Source: a virus. Taken from it: 64,000 nt of DNA. The stretch is from the IMG/VR virus record IMGVR_UViG_3300042691_042551, positions 1-64,000 of that record; one strand, given 5' to 3'. The notes under the pieces were generated by a model, which saw only the letters and a program-made list of their open reading frames with translations, was not told the DNA's origin and did not search any database. The stretch's first letter is position 1. Every line of letters begins with the position of its first letter. Position numbers and translations under genes: made by a program. Shown in pieces: positions 42,101 to 47,749 of this stretch.

Positions 42101-42631
42101 GCCAAAATGATAAATGGTACTATGCCTGATAATATGTCACAACAAGAGAAGAACAAATACATAATACAGGCTACAAATGGTATTGCCATGACCTCATTGA
42201 TGGTTTACATACTTGCACAACCGGTAGATTCTGGGGATGATGATGAAGAAAAATACAGGAATTTATTTGAGAAAATTATGGTTCAGTATCTATTTTTAAG
42301 CCCAAAGAGTATTATACAAGCAGCTTCCCGTTCATTGCCGGCAATCGGTTGGATGGCCGATGTTTATTACAATGGATGGAAAATACTCTCACAAAAAGAA
42401 GAATTATACCAAAAAAACTCAGGTAGAAACTCCAAAACCCAATATAAGAAAGGAGATAGCAAAAACGTAAGAGCTTTTGTCAAAACATTACCAGGAAACG
42501 CGTTGTATGTAGATAAACTAAGTAATGAAATAAACGCTATGAGGAGACAATCAAGTAGCGGATCTGGCTTTGGTGATTTTGGAGGCGACTTCGGTGGAGA
42601 TTTTGGAGGCGATTTTGGAGGTGGATTTTAA
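27173..42631 (+). CDS. giant virion polyprotein containing a two-barrel RNA polymerase and a zincin metallopeptidase domain
   Basis: 5152 aa; DxDGD motif 'SNSDNDGDRLFIFP' (34526-34540) preceded by 'GVKIPY'; HExxH 'IIHEAFHAF' (38666-38680) with downstream 'EEIISE'; crAss-like position. Confidence 0.8.
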   Translation: METGDPKKQKAQQVKQEVIENSPELQDALHGLNTAQKRKDDVLANKIDQVWKPIERSDKEIAEAYKRAPEPISPDEQEVELRNKESIAFLLKAKYGYKNDAVILSLAEKAMRYPEFKNKIISHKSLVQLQAEEDAAKYELNESMKKAQSGFNASLAASGETTEDFRLQDEQIVTARQKYDKAKSIKSAYEDAIRRDPAFVEKQKFDLMRSLIDVDMKYRQSIANNAIRKIGGPDKAIEVTEANSQYNYLLQEQQKAESLLQDPNYPAEKKPKLEKYLNEQLPILIKQKEDQLRKFGNVSEEVKKLEDASKTAIESYQTIKEVLNESPETLKSNKEIALRLMDRAKTIVTTGGVQELVIPDLGKSFGLSFAGTIVDMGEFFTGKTSVGDFIKREIGINEQITEKEWGGGKWMVNIASAAGATAPYLILGGIGGGARAATAKMLTARFATNIGGKIAKAGVNYLTNTLLSPATYGSLAGVYTNSFDQEFSNLILAGKSPEESYNIASKKATADAVVNVISEGIFDEASVIFKGSGVNQWIAKTGFGQFLQESNVLDAMSKGKYGMAQELGKRVFNSWASETLEEVVAMGGESYNKHMVNILAQQEIYKDILPTMHEVGVMLGSVLLTTGAMTMANRGKSIDIELAEMSKSGYDKAVRGFKTLVDTGVYSEEEVKPYMDKLQRYSNLSMAMARNALPEDIVKYDNLLNQQEELKKNMSNPSISLGEKNRLQFEINSIEAQKNELFQQAVVNSVEKEISDKIEAKNKSFIENNKKQVEKIKAESNQKGATKEEQAALNYLESTTNNVSEEAKKNGLLSSSITNVNSSIAQTEEQLQKEENLLKQLKQEKNERGVAAQEEKVAEVKNQLDNLNQVAVGLKSLQSAQEAKVGDGLAARGKSTTTGTVKPSSEVEKTIQEKNQAKPITKAEEATKMPEFQELLASYKTEGLTKEQVRQRLIDQFGDNMSGKEFSKLEQSLNNYDVAPAQTAKENAPQQPQGKQFAASPAATKTSNFYSKTNGNTIKVETQEDGTKQVVEIDQKTKKEVKRTSVPEAQSKKSDFEIASEITGQKLDKQFTGKTKKTAKKSDSEYVAEAKKTLGENVQESDIAEYVRKKIASGELDMKTAKRVSTALKNAFLDKKGKARQARGRKNQEEEAKAEEQRKKEVNDLIEQAESARETIRQANQLQEVFQEATQESVVQSDTHEAAVEAETAKTKANGIGSLSKKEIMLMNIKNITGKVFSGVMGFHKQAMVDGKFVEESYKRVQEMIYEQFKSLMMNKFDLDLTTYERNEEGYLLFDENDENVEALTEMNRVLSVFDPNVAEILLESIDDTAKVFGEKGANFHALIKHAISELGKSYGFPNYAAIEESVEDAEVLEHTAEILESGESILQEVIDKEMNSKAVKSAEAIAKLAHAVFLQKAKNANVNVSINPDYSLSFLMPLFKGVNGQSRTITDVLNYIQARLASENHPINDTQGRLLMESIGQVLYDLQNKMYEQTDGINELKQNPMTMTFIERSLSSIFNSQISDVYATYLSAKGKVSVYVANRDKIKKDVISQIRSEVRNFVQSIYAVSDLEGGQRRSRFIQAIAKVRMNIDNPESVLFAGDEVLLAMGNEYPYIKDILTRKLDAIRNTTVKSPTQVEEVGRYILMLSSPQAANLESNPMIEQMAFEQIANSEKIFGKISQSQYWSNRLSQNQSAVKRPNRMSSSISEAKAEALNNKKKPTEDAQKNDMDDSVNVVTNSKNRNFGSEGSDRKARLSKNPLVAIKSIAKNLSVTMLGEFSIEKGKTIALKAEKMSREMVHLAKIAMFYQTKNFGKYGYGVIDQVSDSPRIHMINGARIQLNGENKFVFAGDVKYPGSLIEDGSLLLDAVQTAVMKAKEMFPGITIKQMEQHIPSFYKIDGTGKVTYNPTALENEAFKSFNDYIKAKSKMYYDPKAGDSIAKTERAYKAILEATKELYYANDYKTGKENFEKKIAFIKNNRDMEVTKGMSDFAKNLIDNDQIVEWSKKKKGNFKNFFKEFVANEEFNRFYANQYVRGDLESYMNLDPDNVFVRSKMITAPGIGVNVDLPMRYMILDKNLYNGSDKIMLDVNGNQVPWVPNDGVMFLSEGAGNVITAGVGPHHGYRGTFKYAMHSVNDQNVATSHKGMQIVLTKKLAESNPALMSIYNMMKENNLDAVLDHSAEKIGAEKRTKAGWNESGVTLEEAPIVHTANFGDIYVQLSVSENQKGMWSKDSDQKNRQTPLYAGSSEQGIEYVNKIQNFIANRIKSGVFNSAQRSARFNKLMNNYRFSTEENKQEAKDELISYLKRKSKREPLSVREKYNQIISRIETGYVFEYDDGLLYQVHASTFREGMSNRMESFYMALTSPLLGKEQPKYRLEDRPGFSEVVLPAKMKELLSDYADNDGNYWVTGVKIPYNNSATQLRAKVIFDESLDDNGSNVIPPAEFYALSNSDNDGDRLFIFPMHPNPENIVSPLKEFGINIDENTTFDSLLSEYTTKSQEDDWNGPSFDYVSMLYEDYLAAKELEYNGKLFNDVAFAQQMAVQSNDVNVFLSVVESEGYKTKTKNTSSNEGQLQRVTEKNFSAGGIGTAASYIRSISQFIQLGMDYGLRVAMRSSRSKPYLFNFNNEVFDPAVMETVPTLNQKPINIRDIESQAVQKAIANNPDYANLTPDLQENLVSNERNKLLQELESLVEEESMLNTQNATSQILQVYVDAVKKGYLNKVGLNNQNMQVFIHLATRLGLNEKVPGQGIRMALRLVNQPIVKKYFELTEYNPMIQDQYSQRDYELIDKLKKNLAELVPNDMQNNINTLDVNLNALKNEYNGKHIQDTEYNTENQLIGDYALAQIEAIKALESLLDIQAAVSPYSLNSKKFSEVPTTIEEARTFIHEMEKYQALATDEEVKATLKKIENAQRTGKNANLVISEMLQNNGRYSSPMVFNVRNDADNYQRLVNSYEFLKQLNDKSGPLYEKEKGKYIEAGFSESAISDMLNNLAKIHTNMLLTGNMHVFENQEMFAKAEGYFMMMASIADSNTAYDSKNNKMVFDFMSRLFPRAGKMFHKLVGKFQEGYNRQILQEVLSQKVMLSENQKKDFSYAMSKILKVLFENKQYFSGNLFLNNLEIQTFEDKNILPIRVESDGSAVYIDKHYVLEDGIFKQANLVPINKLTDAIIFNDVLKTDPLRAFLDVILGNQILSENIMFDETRKRFVNKKTGYIYGSEKNTQASDVKDSERIFTAGTTSVPEYREALISLASDIFGTIRQSSLEGIENESTETMWNWAAMMYFDKNENQRLSPRYNTPQNEEITLSQNGRVTFSQEQLKDIANGISTLFDGLNNIRYNANGEAIGTIADAIRYELESNQIDEGFLSEDIISNPNAWLLYFSNNNTYPQVEKLLGILKADNEENHANIRSLINENFLGYDMISFAKNSIKTILNNPTLTQFYDQAMISQMKSDDPKAQSIAKRHEFFHTKLDNGQIVLYKRVQAGYTETKNFFGRFQKVPNYKYIAIGRYSSNGEVERSMFTNGRLESSVDGVLQLLTQEGVHNLDYDSAIKKISEIIYGSSSGSIDTVGFLADIQKKFETLKSEKFKKIRGYNHPEFFDMMISEFEQAVVKGIYDNKGDVFKDTKAQLLLQTIRAIRSVKQANDKLFVNNNFVIDNAEFTEITNAPIDSQNTREKARRATNRVWQRNAESQTLSAFDIARNIVETLKGNVSTTRSKSLFEYLEVKSKGNKGRRIAQSTSAGSGPKMFSNVNDMIDLFQAQLNGNPLLGSVAKFLKEQVGGIPVSVVDNQEFEALEQSIFGTTGTARAIYIPSQRQIVFNGDRSSLDAPELIIHEAFHAFTNAAINDPNNVDLRNDMVELRNVVFNSNYRLNTTNPMAVQTLNDIFADPNLDEFGQMEEIISEMFSDKTGQMQALLNNIRVGQGTLEQYKGENKTLFGKILDTISKYLAKMGIGKNTDSVRQVLENILTTYEDIMTYEKAMPQHVTSNIYEYNGRTFVNSNQLVNDNYGVNQNTMETIANDMGISIGRIIKMAEDLDTASDFLHQFVMDNVLGRNSNHNRTEAKRMMAGFNSNVVNNIPDDIMRLFDSKMNGWTIDEDLSQGSYFSTGMMVSGNNNIVSFNNQGDVKVTSIGASFKESDYSVYDTQSPILNAKAAHKQKLMMKAAIQGVFLEGQGYPVKKLEIIVAEANGVVGGAEAIEMTMDEARSIVRAYVIDKVADRMGAFEAMPISNEDFMKNPQNIYGNYYIDKALSALRDITDEDREALRQGFKKNTMVSLGNVDLEAQVSLYEQSYNNVKALLKSGSIENMTEKDMIELLGDIKHLERMSDDADVSGIKSILNGITDVILMQREGNTLKESIAISKASNVTDIAQWIPSITNSLQTLNLGVNTSEITDTIAHSIEENQNEAQDFQTKLRKAAIEAVKSRNVRFAKARATLNKYYLSDNPLEKAFQRLTVPYYGSVQTTRLKSLSEASVDLANGNITQAEYELLQLVNGFYQKNARYIYNNKGVNHGGLSSEGAAIFETPANDRQFFLPYYPSKVFERYKNKPKAFAALASYWHNFRNNSSELQNVKLDSYEFRDANGSLVRVFKNSTVREIMKEMEDLERKEGELRRIAFQRNPNAVLPQAKYSTEKAIKNLYDAAIKADKGKNAQNQSKQQQHTMTLPGMVRTKENVANGNMFSNLMNYSGEVYKAKALVESRGAYSILDILAANLNLNEIRNYIDWDERVRLLKQKYKEDKHEFIHQVARFASSMARYAQLAFKIPNAMFDFAATSLSAATAMDGITKEDKLAWAKYIGNASFVNYPFAVMKLVYNFHEIRDIALAFGLFNHRDYSTRKKSPLGLVKGAMLLNYWLSGNIPRLVFLADQLTLKDLKNIQNITQTNKTGEWLSFLTGQREKRDILKGLDKQTLTNVRRALDRTENELGKFRNSTERIYLSNGTISAFMQYKSWAPDLIWARFGGEYKTNGVTYMGRYRALAKMINGTMPDNMSQQEKNKYIIQATNGIAMTSLMVYILAQPVDSGDDDEEKYRNLFEKIMVQYLFLSPKSIIQAASRSLPAIGWMADVYYNGWKILSQKEELYQKNSGRNSKTQYKKGDSKNVRAFVKTLPGNALYVDKLSNEINAMRRQSSSGSGFGDFGGDFGGDFGGDFGGGF

Positions 42632-42662
42632 ATAAGAAACAATTAATTTTGAAAGAAAAAAA

Positions 42663-43256
42663 ATGGCATTAGGAAAATTAGAATTATCAATAGCTCAACC
42701 GACACTTGAAGAAATGCAATTTCGGGATACCACCCCAATAAATGATTTGGAAGGTTGGGCAATTCCACCAGCAACAGTTGGAACGGATATTACTCTTTAT
42801 GATGGCTATAAAATAGAGTTAGAGCATCATGAAGTAGGCCCTTTTGGTCAATTAATCTTTAATGAAGATTTAAAACCAAACATTTTTGATCAGCCTAAGT
42901 CAATACTAATTGAAGATTGGCCGGATCCAGATGTATCTTCATTGGAAAAATATCCTGATGGCATTTACATTTTAAAGTACAACCCAAGAATTGGTGGCGT
43001 TGATGCATTACCTCAACCGTTTCAAACAATATTGCTGGCTTGCCCGGCATGTATGATAGAATACGGAAAACTCCTGATTAAGTACAAAAAGCTTGAATAT
43101 GGTTCTCAAAAAGAAAGACTAATGAACATCCTCAATAAGTTTCGAGTAGCTTTTGATGTGTGTCAAAATGAGGTGCTTTTAGACCAATATACCAGTTCAT
43201 GTGAAAGTTATAAAACGCTAGTTAACATACTTGCAGAAGCAAAAGGAGAATACTAA
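42663..43256 (+). CDS. putative tail hub/fibre-attachment protein
   Basis: 'YPDGIYILKY' beta-sandwich with helical C-terminus; first gene of the tail-fibre block; TAATTTTG -7 box at 42644. Confidence 0.5.
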   Translation: MALGKLELSIAQPTLEEMQFRDTTPINDLEGWAIPPATVGTDITLYDGYKIELEHHEVGPFGQLIFNEDLKPNIFDQPKSILIEDWPDPDVSSLEKYPDGIYILKYNPRIGGVDALPQPFQTILLACPACMIEYGKLLIKYKKLEYGSQKERLMNILNKFRVAFDVCQNEVLLDQYTSSCESYKTLVNILAEAKGEY

Positions 43257-43510
43257 TGGCCTATTTAAGAACAGAAGCACAAAAAACATCAGCCTGGCAA
43301 TCAATAATGCTGGGCTTTTCTGGTTTATACAATACCATTAAGTCGGCTAATGAAATGCAGGCAAACCATGATAACTATGAGGAGCACCTTATACTTATTA
43401 GCCACCTTATGTTTTTTAGGGAGCGAGGGCTTGCATACTTTACTGAAGAACAAGAAAATGAAATGTTGGACTATTTTTTAGACGTAGCAATTTATGGGGC
43501 AAATAATTAA
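43256..43510 (+). CDS. hypothetical virion-module protein
   Basis: Overlaps both neighbouring genes. Confidence 0.65.
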   Translation: MAYLRTEAQKTSAWQSIMLGFSGLYNTIKSANEMQANHDNYEEHLILISHLMFFRERGLAYFTEEQENEMLDYFLDVAIYGANN

Positions 43511-44651
43511 TAGTACATTCAAATTTGGTTTCCAATTAACCTCTATCAAGCTAGAACCAAAGATAGTAAGGGAACGTCAAGTATTGAGCACTCGATTTGA
43601 TGGGCTTAAGCTATTTGAATTTAACATAGGGTCTTACAGTACTACCGTTAACAACATATTAAGAAGAATTGGTGAAATCTGGTTTACTTCTGAAGATGTT
43701 GCAGATGATGATGAAAACATGGTATGCGATGGACGTTATTTGGATCCTATCGAATATCCTGAGCTTTTTGATATGATTGGTTACTCGTTTGGTCAAGACG
43801 GAGATTTGTACATGATACCGGATTTAAGAAAGCGATCACCAGTTGGTTCCGGTTCTGGTTGGCTAGTAGGTCAAAAACAAGGTTCGGCCCAACAAAACGT
43901 ATCGCATAACCACAATGTAAGTGTTGAAATTAGTTCTCACGTAGCGGATATAACTGGGTTTGAAAATCTTTCATTTACCGTATCTGAAGAAGTATTTAGT
44001 TTTACGCAAGAATTAACTGGTAATTTAATCTTAAACGATGTTATACCATTAACATTAAACTATTCGCAAACAGGAACAGATTGGAATACTATTGACAATG
44101 GGTATTACGAGCTAAACCCAAACATAACAGTTCAAATGGCTTTATCAACGCCATTAACTAGTCCAATAGATCAACACTCTGGAACATTAACCGAATCACC
44201 GGCACACGCTCATGCAATTAATCCAAATTATACTCAAGTCAATCCACATGATGGTGGATCTTCAGTTGATGTAGTTACTTATCCTATGCCTGATACTGAT
44301 ATTTATGCAGTTGTATTAGATGCATCCGCTATTAACAATCACAGCGATATATCAATAGATGCAGAACACAATCATACTGTTTTAGTAGACACAATCATTA
44401 TTGATGCTACTCATACGCACACTGGAACTGCCAGTGGTGATTTAGTCCTTGACTATTCAATACCACAAAATTTTGGAAGCATTGACTTATATTACTCTCA
44501 TAATCACACAATTAATGTAACAGAAACCGGAACCGGTTTAAGTTCGGATATTGAAAATCATACAGCTATAGCTATTGCGGAAGCTGAAGATTTGTTAGTA
44601 AATTTGTACCACCCCGTAACAGTATTTAAAGCCTTAATAAGATACAAATGA
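43494..44651 (+). CDS. tail fibre protein with tail-collar domain and HxH metal-binding motifs
   Basis: 'CDGRYLDPIEYPELFDMIGYSFG...IPDLRKRSPVG' collar motif; HNH, HAH, HNH, HTH, HNH. Confidence 0.85.
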   Translation: MGQIINSTFKFGFQLTSIKLEPKIVRERQVLSTRFDGLKLFEFNIGSYSTTVNNILRRIGEIWFTSEDVADDDENMVCDGRYLDPIEYPELFDMIGYSFGQDGDLYMIPDLRKRSPVGSGSGWLVGQKQGSAQQNVSHNHNVSVEISSHVADITGFENLSFTVSEEVFSFTQELTGNLILNDVIPLTLNYSQTGTDWNTIDNGYYELNPNITVQMALSTPLTSPIDQHSGTLTESPAHAHAINPNYTQVNPHDGGSSVDVVTYPMPDTDIYAVVLDASAINNHSDISIDAEHNHTVLVDTIIIDATHTHTGTASGDLVLDYSIPQNFGSIDLYYSHNHTINVTETGTGLSSDIENHTAIAIAEAEDLLVNLYHPVTVFKALIRYK

Positions 44652-44890
44652 AAGAACCAGAAGTATTTGTAAATCATTTTTTTGTAAGCTTTTATTATGA
44701 AAAGATGATATTGGGTTTTATTAAAGTTTGTCGCTTTGGTAACGAATACATAGCTATTACTTCTCCAGCCGAAATAAAAATTATTGATCGAATACGGCTT
44801 AACGAGTTTGAAAAGAAACTTTCTAAACCGTACAAGAATGCAAAAATTGTTTCCTGGAATCACATCATATCAACGAAAAAAGCAAAATGA
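44648..44890 (+). CDS. small hypothetical protein
   Basis: ATGA overlaps on both sides. Confidence 0.6.
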   Translation: MKEPEVFVNHFFVSFYYEKMILGFIKVCRFGNEYIAITSPAEIKIIDRIRLNEFEKKLSKPYKNAKIVSWNHIISTKKAK

Positions 44891-45243
44891 CAAAAGACTT
44901 TGATTTTATATTGGAAAACAAAATAATAGAAGGTACAACACTGGAGCCTTTGGTCATAGATTATTTTGAAAATAACCTACCGGTTTCGGTTGCTGCTGTA
45001 GAAAATATTGAATTTGTGTTTTCTAGGGAGCAAGGCGTTATTGAATCTTCTCTGTACATGAGCAAGCAAAATAACACTGTAACTCTTCCGGGAACACCTA
45101 CAAACCGTTTTCAAAGCACTCAAAAACTGGCAAATGCAAAACCCGGTAAATACCTAATAACCATATACATTAAATTTAGTAGTATAAAAGCAGAAGCCTT
45201 AAGGGGTTACATGGAAATAATACCAAGAAGTAAAAACACATGA
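44887..45243 (+). CDS. small Ig-like/BppU-like tail accessory protein
   Basis: Beta-rich 118 aa with 'PGKYLITIYI', precedes a fibre gene. Confidence 0.5.
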   Translation: MTKDFDFILENKIIEGTTLEPLVIDYFENNLPVSVAAVENIEFVFSREQGVIESSLYMSKQNNTVTLPGTPTNRFQSTQKLANAKPGKYLITIYIKFSSIKAEALRGYMEIIPRSKNT

Positions 45244-47576
45244 CAATTCAAGTAAACATAACCAAAACCGAAAAGCTCATTAATGCCAATGTTTATAAAG
45301 GTATTCCGGGCAAGTCAGCTTATGAAATAGCTGTTGATAATGGTTTTGTTGGAACTGAAGCCGATTGGCTTAACTACATTGCATCTGATCCAATATTTAG
45401 CGCGTCACCCGCGTTTGCTATAACCAATACCCAAATATCAAATTGGAATACAGCTTTTTCTTGGGGAAACCATGCATCAGTAGGCTATTTAACTTCAGAA
45501 TCAGATCCAATATATACAGCTTCAAGTTGGTATGGAACTACAAACAATAGTTCTAATTGGGATACTGCTTATGGCTGGGGAGATCATTCGTTGTACAATT
45601 ATTTGACTTCAACAGGAAGTTATGCAGACCCAATATGGTTAACTTCATTAGACTGGAGTAAAATTATCAATGCACCGGCTTTTATAACGGGTAATCAAAC
45701 TATAACCTTATCCGGAGCCATAACAGGAAGCGGAACAACAGCAATAACTACAGATATTACTAATGCGGCAGTAACGTATGCTAAAATACAGAATGTAGCA
45801 GCTAATTCGTTTCTTGCCAATATTACAGCAAGTGCAGCATCGGTTCAGGCTATAGCAACGAATAGAATACCCTTGTTTTCGTCAGCTATAACTGGCACAC
45901 CTTCAGCAACTACATTTTTAAGAGGTGATGGTACGTGGGCTACTCCTGCTGGCGGTGGTGGAAGTTCGTGGTTAATAGGTGGTAATACATTAACAGGCAC
46001 ATCTAAATTTGGTTCAACATCTAACCATACTATTGAGTTTATTGTCAATAATCAAAACAGGTTAATAATAAACCCCACAACTTCAACTCAATTAATTGAT
46101 GGTTTAAAAATAACTAACGCAAATACAGGTTTTTTTGGACTTGTAATTGAAGGAGCCCAGGCGGGAGCATTTATAAATCCAAGAGACGGTGGTTGGCATA
46201 CGTTAGTAATGAGAGCCGATGTAGACGGTAGGGGTTTTTTAATTTTAGAAAATGCAGGTTCTGCAACTAATTTTTCTGTAAAAGGCTTAGATATAACTGT
46301 ACAATCAAATACCAACAACATTCAATCATACGATGATGTAAGTATAGGAACTACAAGGCCGTTTAATATAAATCCATTAGGTGGTTATGTAGGAATAAAT
46401 CTTGGTAATACCGTTATACCCGCTGCTCAATTAGAAATAAGAGGTTCTGGCAATACAGATTCTACTTCAGCATTAATTGTTAAAAACGATAGCAACACCG
46501 AAACGTTAAGGGTTTATGATGATGGCCACGTTCAAGTAGGTTATGCCGGAGTTGAACCGTCAGCTATTTTTGCGGCAAATTCAACCACAAGAGGCTTTCT
46601 ATTTCCTCGACTATACGGTACGGATGCCGAATCTATATCTTTTCCGGCTGACGGTTTAACTGTATATGTCACTCTCGGAAATGGTGCAACCATAAATAGT
46701 ACAGGTTGGTGGGGTTATGATGGATCTACAAGTTCTTGGGTTAAGATTAATGGTGGAGGTAGTGGAAGTTCTATAACCTTGCAAACAAATGGTACAAATA
46801 ATGGAAATCAAACTTTATTAAACTTACAGGGCGCAGGAATTACTATTACGGATGATACTACAGGAAATATAAGTTTTTCACCTGACCCGTATAGTATAAT
46901 TTTAAACAATGGAAATACTATAGGCCAAACAGTAACTTTAGGAACCCTGGACGCACACTCTGTAGATATTATTGCAAATAATTTTGCTGTAGTTCGAGTC
47001 ATTCCGGACTTAATTCTGAATGAATACATTGTAAGTATTAAGGGTTCTTTATGGATTGAACAACAGGCAGGCGCAACAACCGAAAAATTTTTAAACATAG
47101 AATCTACTACCGGAGCTCTTATTGAAGGATACGGTGGAACTCAAAACATAGTTTCTATTGGTAGTTTTGTTACTACAAATGCTGAAGATTGTGCGGCATT
47201 TATCATAGAATCTACCGATAGAGGCTTTTTAATGAGTCGAATGTCAGGTACAAGCATTGAAGCCATAAGCAACCCAATAGGAGGTTTAACTGTTTATTGC
47301 AATAACGGAAACGGCACTACTGTCAATACTACTGGATGGTGGGGTTATAACGGAACAACTTGGGAAAAAATAAACGCTGCTGGCGGAGGGGGAACAACAA
47401 CTAATTCTATCTCATTTGATAATACAGGCTTAGGTGATGTTTCGGGAACTTCATTTGACGGTTCGGCAGCAAAAACAATAAGCTACAATACAATCGGAGC
47501 TAACAAAGAAATAACTTCTGGAACAGCGGCACCAACCGGTGGTTCAGATGGTGATATATATATTCAGTATGTTTAA
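45240..47576 (+). CDS. tail fibre protein
   Basis: 'GKSAYEIAVDNGFVGTEADWL', SDPI(F/Y/W) repeats, 'TTFLRGDGTW', Gly linkers, duplicated 'ST.RGFL..R...GWWGY' module. Confidence 0.85.
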   Translation: MTIQVNITKTEKLINANVYKGIPGKSAYEIAVDNGFVGTEADWLNYIASDPIFSASPAFAITNTQISNWNTAFSWGNHASVGYLTSESDPIYTASSWYGTTNNSSNWDTAYGWGDHSLYNYLTSTGSYADPIWLTSLDWSKIINAPAFITGNQTITLSGAITGSGTTAITTDITNAAVTYAKIQNVAANSFLANITASAASVQAIATNRIPLFSSAITGTPSATTFLRGDGTWATPAGGGGSSWLIGGNTLTGTSKFGSTSNHTIEFIVNNQNRLIINPTTSTQLIDGLKITNANTGFFGLVIEGAQAGAFINPRDGGWHTLVMRADVDGRGFLILENAGSATNFSVKGLDITVQSNTNNIQSYDDVSIGTTRPFNINPLGGYVGINLGNTVIPAAQLEIRGSGNTDSTSALIVKNDSNTETLRVYDDGHVQVGYAGVEPSAIFAANSTTRGFLFPRLYGTDAESISFPADGLTVYVTLGNGATINSTGWWGYDGSTSSWVKINGGGSGSSITLQTNGTNNGNQTLLNLQGAGITITDDTTGNISFSPDPYSIILNNGNTIGQTVTLGTLDAHSVDIIANNFAVVRVIPDLILNEYIVSIKGSLWIEQQAGATTEKFLNIESTTGALIEGYGGTQNIVSIGSFVTTNAEDCAAFIIESTDRGFLMSRMSGTSIEAISNPIGGLTVYCNNGNGTTVNTTGWWGYNGTTWEKINAAGGGGTTTNSISFDNTGLGDVSGTSFDGSAAKTISYNTIGANKEITSGTAAPTGGSDGDIYIQYV

Positions 47577-47581
47577 TAAAA

Positions 47582-47749
47582 ATGAATGTTGAAATAATTA
47601 AAAATGAAGAGGTCAAGGAAAACCCAAATTATATAACTTGCGAGCAAGGCGAGTTTAACGAAACAGAATTTGTACTATGTAAAGAAAAAACGGAGTCTAG
47701 AGATAATACAGTAATGTTTTTGGCTTCACAAATTAAAGATAACACATGA
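47582..47749 (+). CDS. 55-aa hypothetical protein (not in the ORF track)
   Basis: Manual translation MNVEIIKNEEVKENPNYITCEQGEFNETEFVLCKEKTESRDNTVMFLASQIKDNT*; ATGA overlap with 47746. Confidence 0.65.
   Translation: MNVEIIKNEEVKENPNYITCEQGEFNETEFVLCKEKTESRDNTVMFLASQIKDNT

Noticed and set aside
27173-42631. Many 60-130 aa antisense or alternate-frame ORFs inside the giant gene and other long genes
   Set aside because: Shadow ORFs of strongly coding regions, with no motifs or expression signals
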